DNA from: Chrysomallon squamiferum
Taxonomy: Eukaryota > Animalia > Mollusca
Assembly: GCA_012295275.1 (NCBI GenBank)
Contig: CM022671.1
Location: 5,022,001-5,086,000, forward strand
Length of the DNA: 64,000 nt
Direction: 5' to 3'
Shown: one piece after another, positions 1 to 14,978 of the stretch
Numbering within the stretch: position 1 is the first letter of the stretch
Layout of the letters: each line of letters opens with the position of its first letter
The notes under the pieces: generated by a model
What the model saw: only the letters and a program-made list of their open reading frames with translations
Told to the model about the DNA's origin: nothing
The model's database searches: none
Made by a program: the position numbers and the translations under genes

Positions 1-1
1 T

Positions 2-2985
2 TCAGGCCGCGATACGAGCTCAAAGTCACGCAACAAGACCCAAGTGATCAACTTCAGAGTGCCTCACAATGCTGCAGTTCAGATTTATGACTACAAGGAG
101 AAAAAAGCCAGGTAAGTGTCTTAATCCTTTCAGTCTGTTTGATTTTCAGCAGCTGTAGAGTCCTGTTTTTTGGGGGGAAGGCCTTAAAACAACCACAATA
201 CCAGAATACTTTACAACATTGTCTTCATCTTATTAAACCTTTTTATGCACTTGTAATATGTTATCAATAATGTTGTTACCACATTTTCCTGTTTTGTGCT
301 CTCCTTTGCCAGATGGTTCATTTCCAGTAATCATTCAGTTCATCCATTTCATCATTTCACTGGTTGTCATCTAGATCATTTCCCTTTGTATGGTTTAGTT
401 GTAATGGTACATCAGTTATCTAGTATTCCACTGATATGACACGCCTCTTCTGTTTCTAGCTAATCTGTTAAATCACATACTTGACCTTTATTTTCTTCTG
501 CCCAGACCTGTTTAATGGGACATAATATAGCAAGGGTAAACTAAACACTGATAAACAGAATCATCAGTTTGAAAATAAATTAAAATAATTACAAAGAAAA
601 ACACTGACACTCTTTCAGTTGTTGTTGTGTCCTTTTATATCAACAAATCTTAAACAATGATAAAAATATAGCAAAATAGTATTAATTTAACTAATAAAAT
701 TGGAAGAAAACATTTTAAAAAGCTTCACTAATATTAATATATTGAAGAATATTCCATGTACATAAGAATTCAGAGTATCTGATAAAACATCCTCTCTTCT
801 CTCTGATCTATTCTAGAAGTACCTCTTGACCCAGCATTTCAGAAGAAAAGATTAATTCAAATGACATTTAATATTAAATGTATTTTCATTTAATGAAAAA
901 AAAAAAAAATAAAAAAAAAAAAAAAAAATATATATATATGTATTTTGAACAAAAAAAATGAAAATTATGAAGGATGTATTTTGATGTAAACCAACATTGT
1001 TCAGAACAAAGAAAAAAATTATGAATAATTAGAATGTTTTGTTTTATTTAAAATGACTTTGAATAATTAGAATGTGTTGTTTTATTTAAAATGTGTTGTT
1101 TTATTTAAAATGTGTTGTTTAATTAAAATGTGTTGTTTTATTCAGGGTTGTGTTTGGACCGGAGCTGGTCATGCTTGGTCCCGATGAGCAGTTCACTCAG
1201 CTGAGTCTGTCTGGTGGCAAACCAAAGAAACCAAACGTTATCAAAGCTCTCTGTCTCCTCCTCGGACCCGACTTCTGCACTGACATCATTGTCGTGGAGA
1301 CAGCAGACCATGCACGACTTTCTCTTCAACTTTCATACAATTGGTACGTTGTGTGACGGTGGATTTGAATGTTACAGAATGAACGAATGAATGAATGAAT
1401 GAATGAGTAAACAAACAAACCAGTAACCCAGGAAATAAATAAATGAATCGATGAATAATTTAATTAATGAATGAACAAACAATTCCACTGGATGAGTGAA
1501 CAAATGAATGAATGAATATACCCCAAGAATGAATTTCATGGAAGTGTTTTGGGAATTGGAAATGATTATATAAATAGTGTAAAATATACAAAAAAAAAAA
1601 TTGAAAATGAAAAATAAAAGCCAAATTATCATCTGTTGACTATCAGAAATAATTACAATAACATATCTTAGAAACATGCATTAATGAATTTTGTTTTTAA
1701 TTTCTTATTTAAGAATCTTTCTACTGACCTGTAGCTATTACTTTTTTTTTTTTTTTTTTTTTATGATAGCAAGATTTTAAAAATTTTATTTTGTTAATGT
1801 CTAGGTATTTTGATGTGAAGTCCAAAAATCCTGAGGAAGCAGCCAAGCTGTTCAGTGTTCCTGACTTCACTGGAGACTCCTGCAAAGCAATTGCATCACG
1901 AATTAGAGGAGCTGTGGCCCAGGTCCAGTTTGATGACTTCCATAAGGTATCAGTTTTTATTACACGTTTAAAAACACAGATATGTTACAGATGAGTTCTT
2001 TAACACAGTGAAAACTTGGTTTATGCCAAAAATACAGAAGTTTTTGATTTTTGAAAACTGTGGATCATATCTGATAAAATTGGGTGTGTTTAGATAATCA
2101 GCATGCAGATATTAACTAGATGACAAGTTAGATAACTCTGTTTAGTACCATGAATGCAAAATGATTCAGTAAAGTTATCATTTTTCAGATTATTGTAAAA
2201 TAAACACTGAAAGAGACCCTAGCCATGTTTCACTTGAATGTTCTTGACTTTAATAAGCAATGTGATGTCTGTACCACAATAAAAACTTAAGTATTTCATT
2301 TGGATGGGAATAAAACATAAAAAAATAAATCTTTTCATACCTTATGTAATCATACAATGGTGTCATTAGATAATACAACATGTTGTATTTAAATTACAGC
2401 CAACATGATTCTATATACAAAAAAAAAGGTAAAATCAATGTATCATAACTGTAACCAAACTTTTTTTTTTTTAAATTTTTTGCACCTTTCAGAATTCAGC
2501 AAAAATCATCCGTGCGTCTGTGTTTGGTCTCGACGAGAAGAACAAAGTGCGGGACAGGTTCATGTTCAGCCAGAACAACCTCGTCATCACCAGCATTGAC
2601 ATCCAGTCTGTGGAGCCTGTGGACCAGCGCACACGCGATTCCCTGATGAAGTCTGTCCAGCTCGCCATTGAAATCACAACAAACTCGCAGGAAGCTGCTG
2701 CCAGGTAGAATCAGTGTTTTTACTTGTTTAATATGTAAACATCTTTATTTCAGTTATTAATAGCTGTAGAGTTAAGAATGATGTATTCATTTATTTTGTT
2801 TAATTATTTTTTTTTATAATGGTGAAGCAAGTGAGAAAAGCTGCTGTAACCACATAGTAGAAAATTTGAATGTCTAATGTATTCCTTTCTGTAAGTTTTT
2901 TTTTGAATGAAAACAGTTTTGATAGACTGGGCACCAATTAAACAAGACTTTTCAATTTTGTTTAATTTTTATTATTTTTATTTTT

Positions 2986-3028
<43 letters not shown>

Positions 3029-4189
3029 CCCATTCCAATCAACATACTGTGTTTTTGGATGTTTTTGAGTGGGTTTTTTGGTTTTGATTTTTCTGAGTGA
3101 AATAGATTATTTATCACATAAACAGATATGTTTTTCTGTGGGTAATGAACATGTTTTTAAACATTTGAAAATGATTTCAGACACGAAGCTGAAAGACTGG
3201 AACAAGAAGCACGTGGTCGCCTGGAACGTCAGAAGATCAGCGATGAAGCTGAAGCAGAGAGAGCTCGCAAAGAGTTGCTGCTGCTGCAGGCTAACAGCGC
3301 TGCTGTAGAGAGCACAGGACAGGCCAAGGCCGAGGCGCAGTCTCGGGCTGAGGCGGCAAAGATTGAGGGTGAGGCAGCTGTGGAGCAGGCCAAAATGAAA
3401 GCTCAGGCTACGAAAATTGAGGCTGTAAGTTCTGTTTGTCTGTGTTTCTTTGTTTACTCTTTGAACAGTCTGTCAGTTGATATATCTGTCTGTCTGTCTG
3501 TCAGTGTTTACTTTGATCTTTAAGAAATTCTCAGTATTAAAGAGTGATTTATGTTCTGTTTATAGTATTATTATATGTGTGCATCATCACTATTTCTTTC
3601 CTTGTATTCTGTTAGAATGTTGTTTTCTTTTTATTTTGGAATTTAGAGGATTATGTTCTTTTTAAGAATATTTAAACATCTAGAGTTTTAATGAAGGGTT
3701 AAAAAGTTCAGCTTACTGGCAAAGAAGTGATTTAATATGTTATCTACATAACAAATACAGATTATTCACATTATAGTAGTTATGATTAATGAAATATTAA
3801 ACAGAGAAATTTTTTTTTTTTTTTTTTTTTTTGCTCAGGAATCAGAGTTGGAGAGACTGACAAACGCTCGTGAAGCTGAACTGAGATTTGTCAAAGAACA
3901 AAACGAACTTGAGATTGAGAAGTCGCGTGAAGTTGCTGCTATAGAAATCAACCGATTCAAGGAGATGGTTGAAGCCATTGGCCCAGACACTCTCCGGCTG
4001 ATGGCCCAGGCTGGCCCAGACATGCAAGTCAAACTCCTGCAAGCCCTCAACTTGAAATCCACCCTCATCACCGATGGTTCAAATCCCATCAACCTCTTCA
4101 ATACAGCTAATGGTCTCGTGGGAGGAGGGATGGTGCCCTTTAAGCGCCGCAAACCGTCTAAAGCTGATGACGACGAATCAGATGATTAA
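2..4189 (+). CDS. MVP: Major vault protein, 3' portion (gene begins before the window)
   Basis: Exons <2-111, 1146-1343, 1805-1946, 2493-2704, 3181-3424 and 3839-4189 join in frame across GT-AG introns. The translation contains MVP hallmarks: [101 protein letters not shown], the cap helix, and [19 protein letters not shown]. Confidence 0.97.
1028..1138. repeat. About 20-bp tandem repeats forming the 3' end of an MVP intron
   Basis: AATGTGTTGTTTTTATTTAA repeated about 4-5 times up to the acceptor at 1145. Confidence 0.8.
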
Positions 4190-7100
4190 AGTTTGATGAT
4201 TTGTGATATTGGTGGAACTGATTTGGCAGGAGGTTTGTTATTTGACAGAGACATTGCCACATATCCGAATGTTGTTGTATATTTATGCAACTATTATGAA
4301 CACATATATGTATATTATGGAGAATTTAAAAGGTCTTTCGTAAATAATAATAGTCATTGACAACAGTTCTGACAGACATTTTTGGGGGGTCAACTTTGTT
4401 GTTGTTATGTTGTTGATAAAATAGTTTCAGTACTTAAAAAAAATTTAAAAATTTAAAAACATTAATAAAATAAAATAACTAATAATAAAAATATTAATTT
4501 CATGATTGTATTTTTTTGTTTTTTTTGGACAAATGACTTCATAATTGTTTCAGTTACTGTCGTACAATGATGTTTATTTGTAATTATTTTCAGTTTATGT
4601 AAATACTTAGTGTATATAAATACCTTTCTCCCACTGTTGTGACTATTTACTTCTTCATAGTGCAATTAAACTTGCATTCATAAATATTATATACACATTT
4701 ACTCAGGATGTTTTATTATCTGTGTATATACATTCTGCTGTATGTATTTGTCTGCGACATATATAAAAAACGACTTTATAATTATCATAGTAATGTTTTT
4801 CATCTATGCACACACTTATTTTTTATGTAATCATTTGTCCTGTAATTATGGTTACCAAGGAGATGATCAGAAAGAGAATGTATGTTGTGTTTGTCTTTAA
4901 TTAAAGTTCAGTTTATTGGCTGCATTTAGTTGCTGATACTTTACAGATGTTGCTAATATGTCACATTACTGAAGTTATAAATGTTACTTATATACACATT
5001 GATGTACTTAATCTGATACACGACTGATGTTACCAGTGTGACAATACTGATGTTATTAATTTGATTTTATTACTGATACACAAGTTACTTAATTTTATTT
5101 TTAGTGGCATTTATAAATGTTGCAGAAATTTGCTGCCTAAAAAAGCTGTGATGAAACAGATAATATATTTTGTTTTACATTTGTGAAAATTTTTGTAGTT
5201 AATAATAAAAAAAAAAGAATATAAGAACCAAATTAATGTTTTGTTTTATATGACTTGCATACTGGATGGACATCCAGTATGTAAGTAACATTGTTATTAA
5301 ACAGGCTTTTTCTGGAGGTTACTGATGAAATAACTGATGGGCTTAGAACCACTGTGTAATCCACAGAAGATTGTTGTTTTTCTTTTTTGTATTAGGTAAT
5401 GGTTGTTGCCAGAATGTGAAAATAGAGATAATTCTGGTGAAGTTGTTCATGGTGCATTAACTGTGATTGCTACAGGTTATACCTTTCAGACATGATGGAT
5501 CTTACAAACCAACATCAGTCAGTGTATGATCCAAACTCACTGGTTGCCTTAATTTTTAGATCTTCAGCTGTTTTTATAGCCTCAAGTGTATCAACTAATA
5601 ATAACCGTCCTATTGCTTCTTTTCAGTTATGATAATAGTTTCCTTTTGGAACATGTGCTCTTTGCATCCTGTTTCATAACTCATCTTAACTAGTGTTGAT
5701 TACAAATTTCATCACAGATTGTATGCATTTATTTTCGAAATAAAACTTAAAAATTGTTTAAAAAATAATTATATAAAAAGGAACAATAAAAATAAACAGT
5801 TAAGTCTCTATGTAAAATTAGTGATAAAAATAATTAATTCTTTATGTGAAAAGAACAGTTAAAAATAAATGTTCTTATGTAAATAGATCATCTGTTCAGG
5901 TACCCTCCCCTCATCACTTTATCATGTCTGGTCCTTTCAGTGTATTAGCAGATGGTTTTTTTTATCAGTGTCACAGGTCACATTCCTTCCCTTGCAATCC
6001 CCAGCTGTCCCAATAACTCCCCCATTTTAAATTGTATGTGTACACTTCCCATATTCCTCTCCTGACTACAATTCCTTCCCTGTGAGCCAGGGATTGCTTG
6101 TGGTTGAAAATCACTAGTTTGTATTGTTATTGTGTTATTGTCTGCAGTAAAGTATTTTTACATGGATATTTATGATGATAGTGACTGGTTCATTACTAAT
6201 GACACATTAAACATACAGGAATAAAAACAGAACAAATGTGGTTTTTTTATCTAAAAAAAGAAATTTAATATATGAAGTAGTACAGTTTTTTTATTTTGAG
6301 TCATGGTTTATGTAATCAAAAGAATCAATAATATGTTAAAAGTATGATTGAAAATAAATGCCAATACCTGTTTGGCAAGAATTGATTTAATTTCTGACAA
6401 AGATAATATTACAAAACAATCTAAACTGGAAAATAACTGAAAATATCAAATGATGTTCTTTAAAAGAAACAAGTGTTGTATGTCAGTATACTTTTTTCTA
6501 AAAACCTGGATGCAAAATTTAATAAATAATAATAATAAATGCAATATCTGCATCAAAATTTCCATTTTAATCTTTTAACAGGAAAATGATGTCATACATA
6601 TTTAATGAATAGTAGCAAAATATGTCTTCTAAATAAATAAAAAATAAAAATAAAATAAATAAAATTAATAAATAATTAATAATCTAGTAAATATTATAAA
6701 CATAGTGTTTCAAACCTCTCATTCTTCGTAAGAAAAATTACACAAATGTGCAGTATATATTTGAAAAACCTGTATTACTGAAACAAAGATATAAAATATA
6801 AAACAATGTCAAACCTGTCACACATTAATGAATAATATTTAAACATATCTTAAAATGAACTCTATATTATTATAAATGTATGCTACCTGCATACCTAATT
6901 CAAAATCTTATTAAACACAAAACTGTCAAATTAAAAAGGACATGATAGAGAATATCTCTCAAGTCAATTCAAACTTCTATATCAAAACGAAATATAAACA
7001 AAACTGATTATTTAATGATCTTTTTTCTCAAATGTATTTTTTCAAATAATTTTTAAAAAAAAAATTTGATTTTTAATTAAATCCAATATTCAGTTAACCA

Positions 7101-7521
7101 ACTTAAAAGTTATAATTTTTAAAATAATTCAGTGGAAACAATATAGCAAATTCTAGAAAAAAAATATTTCTGTAGAAAAACCTACCATTCTAGAATAATG
7201 ATTTATAACAGTTCTAGAATAAACATCTAGTAAAATATATATATTTTCATTAATACCCTTTATTTATACAACTCACAAGAAATACTCTTTCAGTCACACG
7301 CGAAATGTGATATTAAACAAAATCTTGCACCAGATTACATAAAGTAATTAAATGTATATGAAAGAAAATTTAGGACTAGTATTTTATAAGTATCATTAAA
7401 TGTTCAGATAGTAAATTAAAAGTTGCTGATGATTTCCATTTCATTTCAATAAAAATATGATGTGAGTGTGTTTGTAATACTACATCAAGTTCAATAATTA
7501 TGTGTAGATATTTCAGTGATT

Positions 7522-7643
<122 letters not shown>

Positions 7644-8715
7644 ACATGTATAATAAATATTATAAATGAACTCACCATATATGATTTCTTGTGAGTGTAT
7701 GTGAAATCAGAATTATTTGTGCAAGTACTTATGTTATGGAGTATACTATATAAAACAAAAAAAAAAAGACCTAGTTGGCAATTAAACATCTGTATATATT
7801 TTTAGCAAAATGTATATATATCACACGTTTCTCTACAACCTAAAAAGTTTGTTTCAGGGAGAATCAATCTATGCTGTTAAAAGAAACATGAAATGGTACA
7901 CATGATCCCAACAGCAAACTTTTATATTGTAGTATATAAAAAAAAAAAAATCTGATTTTCTTCTGTAGAACTCAAATCCAGAAGACATAATACCAATGGA
8001 CGGAGATCCTGTTGATTAATCTTACAATGATTAGTTTAATCCTTAATTCTACTAATCCAGATTAAAATAAGCATTAACCCAAAAATCTATGAAAATACTG
8101 AACACCGTAATAAATCTAGGCAAAACTAAATAGTACACAGTTATGTAACATTCACCAAGTAACTATATACAAACTGGAAAAAACAAAATATTAAAAAATT
8201 GTACTAAAAGACCAGAACAAGGCAAGGCCATAAGCTGTGAAAAGATTTTGTTCCACAGAATTAAATTTTTATTTCACAGAATTTTATTTTATTTGATTAT
8301 ACTATCTGTATGAACAGAACTGTTATTAGTTTGAACATTATTACAGGGTTTTTTTAAAAATAATATAAAATGTATGATGATGGTGTGAAACAGAAAACAG
8401 CAGCTTGAGCTACAAAGTGGTTTATCAGCAAGAGTTCTTTTACAAAGCACCTTCCCACGTAAGAAAAGCACAGCAGAGAACATAACCACAGTCTTTGTTA
8501 ACAAGTCATGGAGCAATGTTTGGATTGGGAATTTGGTCAAAAATGAAATAAAGGATTGTCAAATGTTAACAGAGAATAAGGCAATGTCAGTTAAACTGAA
8601 GTTATGAGGTTTCGTGGTTTCGTCTCTAGTTAAATTGTGAATCTAGTGAATGATCTGTTACACTTGTGATTATAAGAATGCTGCAGGCAATAAAACACAG
8701 AAATAAACATACACT

Positions 8716-8727
8716 AATAATAATAAC

Positions 8728-8811
<84 letters not shown>

Positions 8812-8820
8812 GATGATTAT
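8716..8820. repeat. (AAT)n/(GATAAT)n microsatellite
   Basis: Seen directly. Similar AAT/TTA tracts occur at about 13200-13270, 22849-22912, 25357-25409, 26580-26755, 29160-29252, 31345-31390 and 61245-61307. Confidence 0.95.
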
Positions 8821-9013
8821 GAAATCATTTAAATAAATAAAAATAACATTTTTTTGCAACTGAATATTACAAAACAGACACTAACATTTTCGTGAAAAAT
8901 ACTATAAAATTTTTAATAGATCACAATTCATTCACCAGAGAAACCTCACAACCAATTTTAAGAAAAAATTATAAAAAAGTAATTTTTAAAAATGCACAAA
9001 TAATGGCATGATG

Positions 9014-9048
<35 letters not shown>

Positions 9049-10108
9049 CAAACAAAAAATTCCTCAAAAAAGACCACACTATATTCATCCTAATTCCACA
9101 GTATTTGCTTAGTCAGATAAAACAACAAACATGGCTTTTTTTGAGACTGGACATCAAGTATCTAAATATGATATCAAATGATATATGACTGGCTGAACCT
9201 GTAGTTAGAAGCCAATCACATTTCATGTACCATCAGTTTTGGATACTCCTTGTTGATTGGTTAGTTTTGTACCTAGCAGTCAATCAGAACTGCATATATA
9301 ATATTTCTAATTAATAATTTCTAAATTTGCCATATAATAACCTGATTTGTACTGTCACTATTCAAATAATCAAACTAAATCAAATTTAAAAAAATATAAT
9401 AGAAACAAAATAAGGAATAAAAGAAAAAAAAAAATAATTAAATAAAAATAACAGCAGATGATTCAAACATAATTACCTAACACAATTCAAACAGTAATGA
9501 AATGTTTATAAGTGTTTCTTTTTATCTTTATGTACTATAATATCACCTACTCTGTAATACAATAAACCAAAATCAAATAAAAATAAATAAATATACAATA
9601 AAAAATAAAATAAATTACACTGTAATTATTTATTTTGATAAATCAAAGTTTGTATTTCTACTTTTGAATGAGAAGTAGAATTAACTGAAAACTGAAAAAG
9701 AAACAAAACAAAGACCAGATTTTGGAATGTTAGAATTTTCAACATTATCAGAGTTACTGCAGAATAAATTTCAATTACTGTCTGTTACAGAACAAAATAA
9801 ATTCAATAATAAAGGAAACATTAACAGTAATAAATCTAAAATTAATAAAGAAGAAGAACATTATTCAGTATTTTACCTATCTTAATATAAATACAATAGG
9901 GAAAAAAAGAAAAATCATAAATAAAAGTATATCTCCTAACAAACAAAATCTGTTTTAATGTTTCGAGTCATGCTGTAATGAAATATAAAAAAAAAGGAAT
10001 AACAATAATAATAAAAATAAGAAGATTATTTATATTAACACACTTATTAATACTATGAATTGTTTATATGATTGCCCTAACTAACTAACTAACTAGCTAA
10101 CTAGCTAA

Positions 10109-12523
10109 CTATGACCGGAATGTATGGACAGCTCGGACCACGTACTGTCGACAGACTGGACATTCTGCGAGACGTTTTCCACATTTTGTGCAGGTGACCA
10201 TGTGACCACATTCCAGAAGTACACAGTCAATTGTCGCATCCATACAGATCTTACATAGATCATCTTCTAAACTCGTGGTGGGTTGATTTTCTGAAATATA
10301 AATGAAAATCCAAAGTAAATTATTAAAAAAGAAGAAGAAAAAAGGCATGGAGGATAATAAGAAAAGATAAAATAGATACAGTAAAATAAAATAAAATAAT
10401 TTTTTTTTTCAATGTTCAGTATTAATAAATTAAAATAGTTTGGTAGTCTGTATATCTTGCATAATCTCAGGAAATATTATTTTTATTTGTTTTTTTCACT
10501 GTCCAATAAATTAAAATGTTTTTCCAAAGTTTTATTTTAATGTCATATTTAGTTATTAATAATGACACCATTATGGAATATACACTAAATAATAAACTGC
10601 TTTTACCTGAAACTTTGTGAATATGTTCAGCTGAAATAAACAAATATTTATATTAATTTATTAAAATATCCAATATACTGTGATGTAGATTTAAAATATA
10701 AAGAATACAGAGAAAAAAAATCTGAAAGAATTAACTCTTCTCCATCTCCCTTAAAAACAAAAGCCATATATGCGAACTTGCAAAAATGATGTACTTACAC
10801 GCTTGTCACAAACACATACACGAACAACACACCATACACACACACACTCTCCTTACCACACTACATTAACAATACACAAAAAACTACACATACACACACG
10901 CACGCACTACAAATACTGGACATACATTGTGACATTCGTCTATCGACACCACATTACTTATAACAACACCCTACAATACACACACAGACCATACCCACCT
11001 TACAAACACTACATTACAAACAAACATCATATACATTACATTACAAACATAACATTACAAAACATCACATTACCTTTAGCTTTATTATTCTGTTCCTCGT
11101 TCCAAAGCCTCTTCACTCTTTCTATGAGTTCAGCTTTTTCACAACAACCTTTATAGTCTACAAAATTGTTAGTCAACACCTCCTTCAGCTGCCTCGTTGT
11201 CAGTTTATCAATATCATCAAGTTCCTCAATGTTATCAAGTTTCATTCGTGAAATGGGTACTCCCTGATTCTGAGAAAAAAAAATAAAAAGTAAACAGATT
11301 TATCTCCCCGATTCCGAGACAAAAACAACAAAAAAACATTTAAATTGGTACACAGTATTTTTAGGAAGAACCATAAAACCATATATAGACACATACATAT
11401 ATACAAAATGGCTTACCATTGTATGTCAAAGTTAAATATACACAAGTAAAATAAATTTTAAAAAAGTATACTTATTAACATTCTCAAAAAGAGCAAAATA
11501 ATAATCATCATATAAATAAAAATAAATATACTCCATTTTGATATTACAAAAATATTATATTTAGGAAATAATAAATAATACCTTTTTTCTTCATTTTTTT
11601 CTTATTATAAAAATCCTAGTGCTTATTATTTCAGTGAGTTGATTTTTTATAAATATAAATATAATGATCAGCCACCAATCTTAAAGAAAGATGGTTTAAA
11701 TGTTGTCTTTCCGGCATTCTAAGCAATTTTATTTCCTGCTTTGTAAATGAGGAAACGACAATATGACCTTCATTATTTCACAACTGGTTAGCAAAATCAA
11801 ATGAAAAAAGAATAAAAACAAAGAAAAAAAAATTGTATACTTTAAGATAAAACAGTAATAAAGTATTTGATATATTATTTTGAAAAACTGGTTGGAATGG
11901 GAAATTAATTCTAATACATTATAGTAATAATAATAAAATAATAATAATAGTAATAATAAACATGTTTCACTCAGAAAAAATAATACAAACCAGCCACTGA
12001 CATATGAATTTTGAAAAACTGATTGAAATGGAAAATTAACTTTAATTTATTTTTTTTTAAAAAGAAAAAAAAGAAGAAGGATCAATGCTCTTGTATTAGA
12101 GAAATGAAAATACAACAATGTTGATTTATCAGTAATGGAAAACTGGTTGGATTGTGAAAAATTATATATCTGTCTGAAATAATTTGTCACTGTAAATAAC
12201 TAATATATATAATTTATTTATTGCTGAAAATTAAATAATGCATCTGTTACAATACAGATAAAAAATAATTTACTTATTAGAATCATGATAAATATTGTTA
12301 CTGTGCAGGTATAATGATTCTGACAGTATAAAGACAAATAATTTACATGTGACTGAAGGTCATGTAGTTCATTGTGCAATCTGACTTCAGTTTCCTGCAT
12401 TTCCCGTTCCTGCCTTTGTCGAAATCGATTTGAATCAGTCATGTTACCAGCATCCTGATATCACAAATAAATAATAGTTATAATGTTTTAGAAAAATGTA
12501 ATGTTAAATATATAATACATACA

Positions 12524-12593
<70 letters not shown>

Positions 12594-13211
12594 CACATAC
12601 ATATATACAAAATGTGTGTCAAAGTTAAATATACACAAGTAAAATAATTTATTTAAAAAATTATTCAAAAATAATTTCCAAAGAAATATACTCATTAACA
12701 TTCTAAACAAGAGCAAAATAATAATCATCATATAAATAAAAAAATGAAATACTCTATTTTGGTATTACTGTAAATAAAATACTAAAACTTCTAACTAATA
12801 ACTTTTGCATAATATATTTAGGAAATAATAATTTTTTTTTTTTAAATTTTTATATTATAAACATTTACTCTGGACATATGAATTTTTAAAAAATAATAAT
12901 ATCTGACTAAAAATATTGTGCTATTTTTGAATAAAATACAAAATTTACAATGTTTCTCTGCTGGTTTGAGTTAGGCACATTTCTGGATTCTTGAGCGTCT
13001 GTCTGTCTCATTCTTTGCTGTGAAATTAAATAAAATGTCACAGGTTAAAATTTACCACTGCATCATCAAGAGGAGGAGAAAATTCAACACTTTGTGATGA
13101 AGAATCATGCTGGGTTATTTAAAGAAGGAGGAAAACCGCTCTTGCAGTGTTAGTAAGCAAGATACATTTTACAAGTCACAACACAGATAAGTAAAAACCA
13201 TAGTAATAATA

Positions 13212-13270
<59 letters not shown>

Positions 13271-14978
13271 TATAACAACAAAAATAATAATAAAGAAATT
13301 ATAAATAAGAAATAATATAAATAAGAACAACACCTATTATTAATAATCATAATAAAAGATAAAAATTATAAATAATAATAAGAAGAAATAAGAAACAATT
13401 AAATAAATATTACAAACAATAATAATAAAGAATAAATAAATATATTACGACATAGCTTCTTTTGTTGTTAATTTACAATCCTTAATTTCGTATAAATTAT
13501 TATAATAACACTATGTGGTTTTAAAAATAACATCACCTCAAAATAAAATAAAAATCATAGAAAAACATCTCAACTACATTCCATTCATTACAAACTTTTC
13601 TCAACTCATTTTCAAAATTCAAAAACAAAAATTTCAAACTCACAGCTAGATCTTCCACCATTCTTTCGTGTTCGGACTGTAGCTGATTCTCTGGGGACCG
13701 AGAGAAATACTTGACCAGCAGGTCAATGAGGTCCACTTTCTCCCTGCACATGCTGGTGGGAATATTGTGATGGTCAAGAAAGCATCTCATGTCTTTTACT
13801 TTCCAGTGCTGAGAATAAACACAGAATAAATCTTAAAATACGAAAGATACACTAGTGAGTAAATATCTGTTTAACATCTGAACCGTTTCATGTTAACAGT
13901 AATAATATATAATAAAAATCTTTATTAGTTTTTATTATTATTATTATCATCATCATTATTATTATTTTTTTTATTATTATTTTTATTTAAAATGATTTAA
14001 TCTGGTGAAAAAAGTAAAAATAATAGAAGAAATAAAACAGTCATATTTTATATTCGTTGTATCTTTGTGTTGATTTGTAAGTATGAATAAATTATTTATT
14101 TAATCTCTAAACCTGTTTACCATGAGATCTTGACGAGAGAAATTTCCAAGGCCAAGAATTCGGCACTTATGGCATTTTCTGGGATGAGGCAATATTCCTT
14201 CCTTAGGCAGACAGCTCGAACAGAAGTAACGAAGACAGTCATTACACAGTTTCTGAAATACAGAGTAACAACAACAATAAATTCACTTTTTAAAATTTAA
14301 TAAAAATGTTAATGATTTTATTAACCATATGCATAATATCTTTTTCTTGTTTAGTTATTTATTTATTTATTTATTTATTTATTTTTTTTTTTTTTTAATG
14401 CAGTGTTAGTTATCAGTTTCAATAATTATCTTACCCTAAATGAGTGATGTATTATTAAGTCCTTGTCTTTACACAGATAACATGACCTTCTTATTTCATT
14501 TCAGATTTTACTTAAAATACAAACTGAACTATTTTTTTGCCCGTGGACCATTCATTATACAGTGCTTACCAAATGTATATTCAGTAAAGGTAATCAGTTC
14601 TGTACAAAGGCCATATTAATAAATTCTTTTAAAATTTAAATCCTTTTGCATCAAAACCTTTTAAAATGTAAACCTAATTTACTGGACATCTAACGTAACT
14701 ATAATTAAACTGTTTATCATTTCATTATATAATTACAAAAATTAAATGACTTCCTTTTTTTCATGTACTGAATTGTATGTCCTGAGTGTGTCGTGAATTA
14801 AAAGTATACTAAAACGGTACATGTTACGATATGACATCGAAATTTTAAAAATACTGACTTTTCTTTTGATGAAGGTGAAGGCCGCTGCGCAAGATTCACA
14901 AGCCATGCCAGTTACAATGTGAACGTGGCCGGTGTGGATCTCAGTTGTTTTATGGCCTTTGGCCACTCCAGCTCCCAT
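10109..14978 (-). CDS. RNF34: RNF34/RFFL (CARP)-family E3 ubiquitin ligase, FYVE-like N-terminus plus C-terminal RING, about 323 aa
   Basis: Coding exons 14978-14859, 14252-14121, 13808-13644, 13017-12949, 12454-12347, 11269-11074 and 10290-10109 total 972 nt in frame. Motifs: [29 protein letters not shown] (FYVE-like), [41 protein letters not shown], and [48 protein letters not shown] (RING). Probably the single pro-orthologue of RNF34 and RFFL. Confidence 0.92.
11395..12930. repeat. Direct duplication of intronic sequence within the RNF34-like gene (about 11395-11610 and 12600-12860)
   Basis: Shared blocks TGTCAAAGTTAAATATACACAAGTAAAATAA, ATTAACATTCT..AAGAGCAAAATAATAATCATCATATAAATAAAAA and ATATTTAGGAAATAATAA. 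GACATATGAATTTT also recurs at 11999 and 12873. Confidence 0.85.

Noticed and set aside
3835-4152. Antisense ORFs over MVP exons (similar ones over PIGK and KCTD)
   Set aside because: They are shadow ORFs of GC-richer coding exons with no independent motifs.
5895-6120. GC-richer island ending GGTTGAAAATCACTAG, resembling a hAT terminus
   Set aside because: No matching left terminus or 8-bp target duplication was found, so it is too weak to call.
10770-11156. 128-aa His/Thr-rich ORF
   Set aside because: It derives from CA-rich low-complexity intron sequence antisense to the RNF34-like gene.
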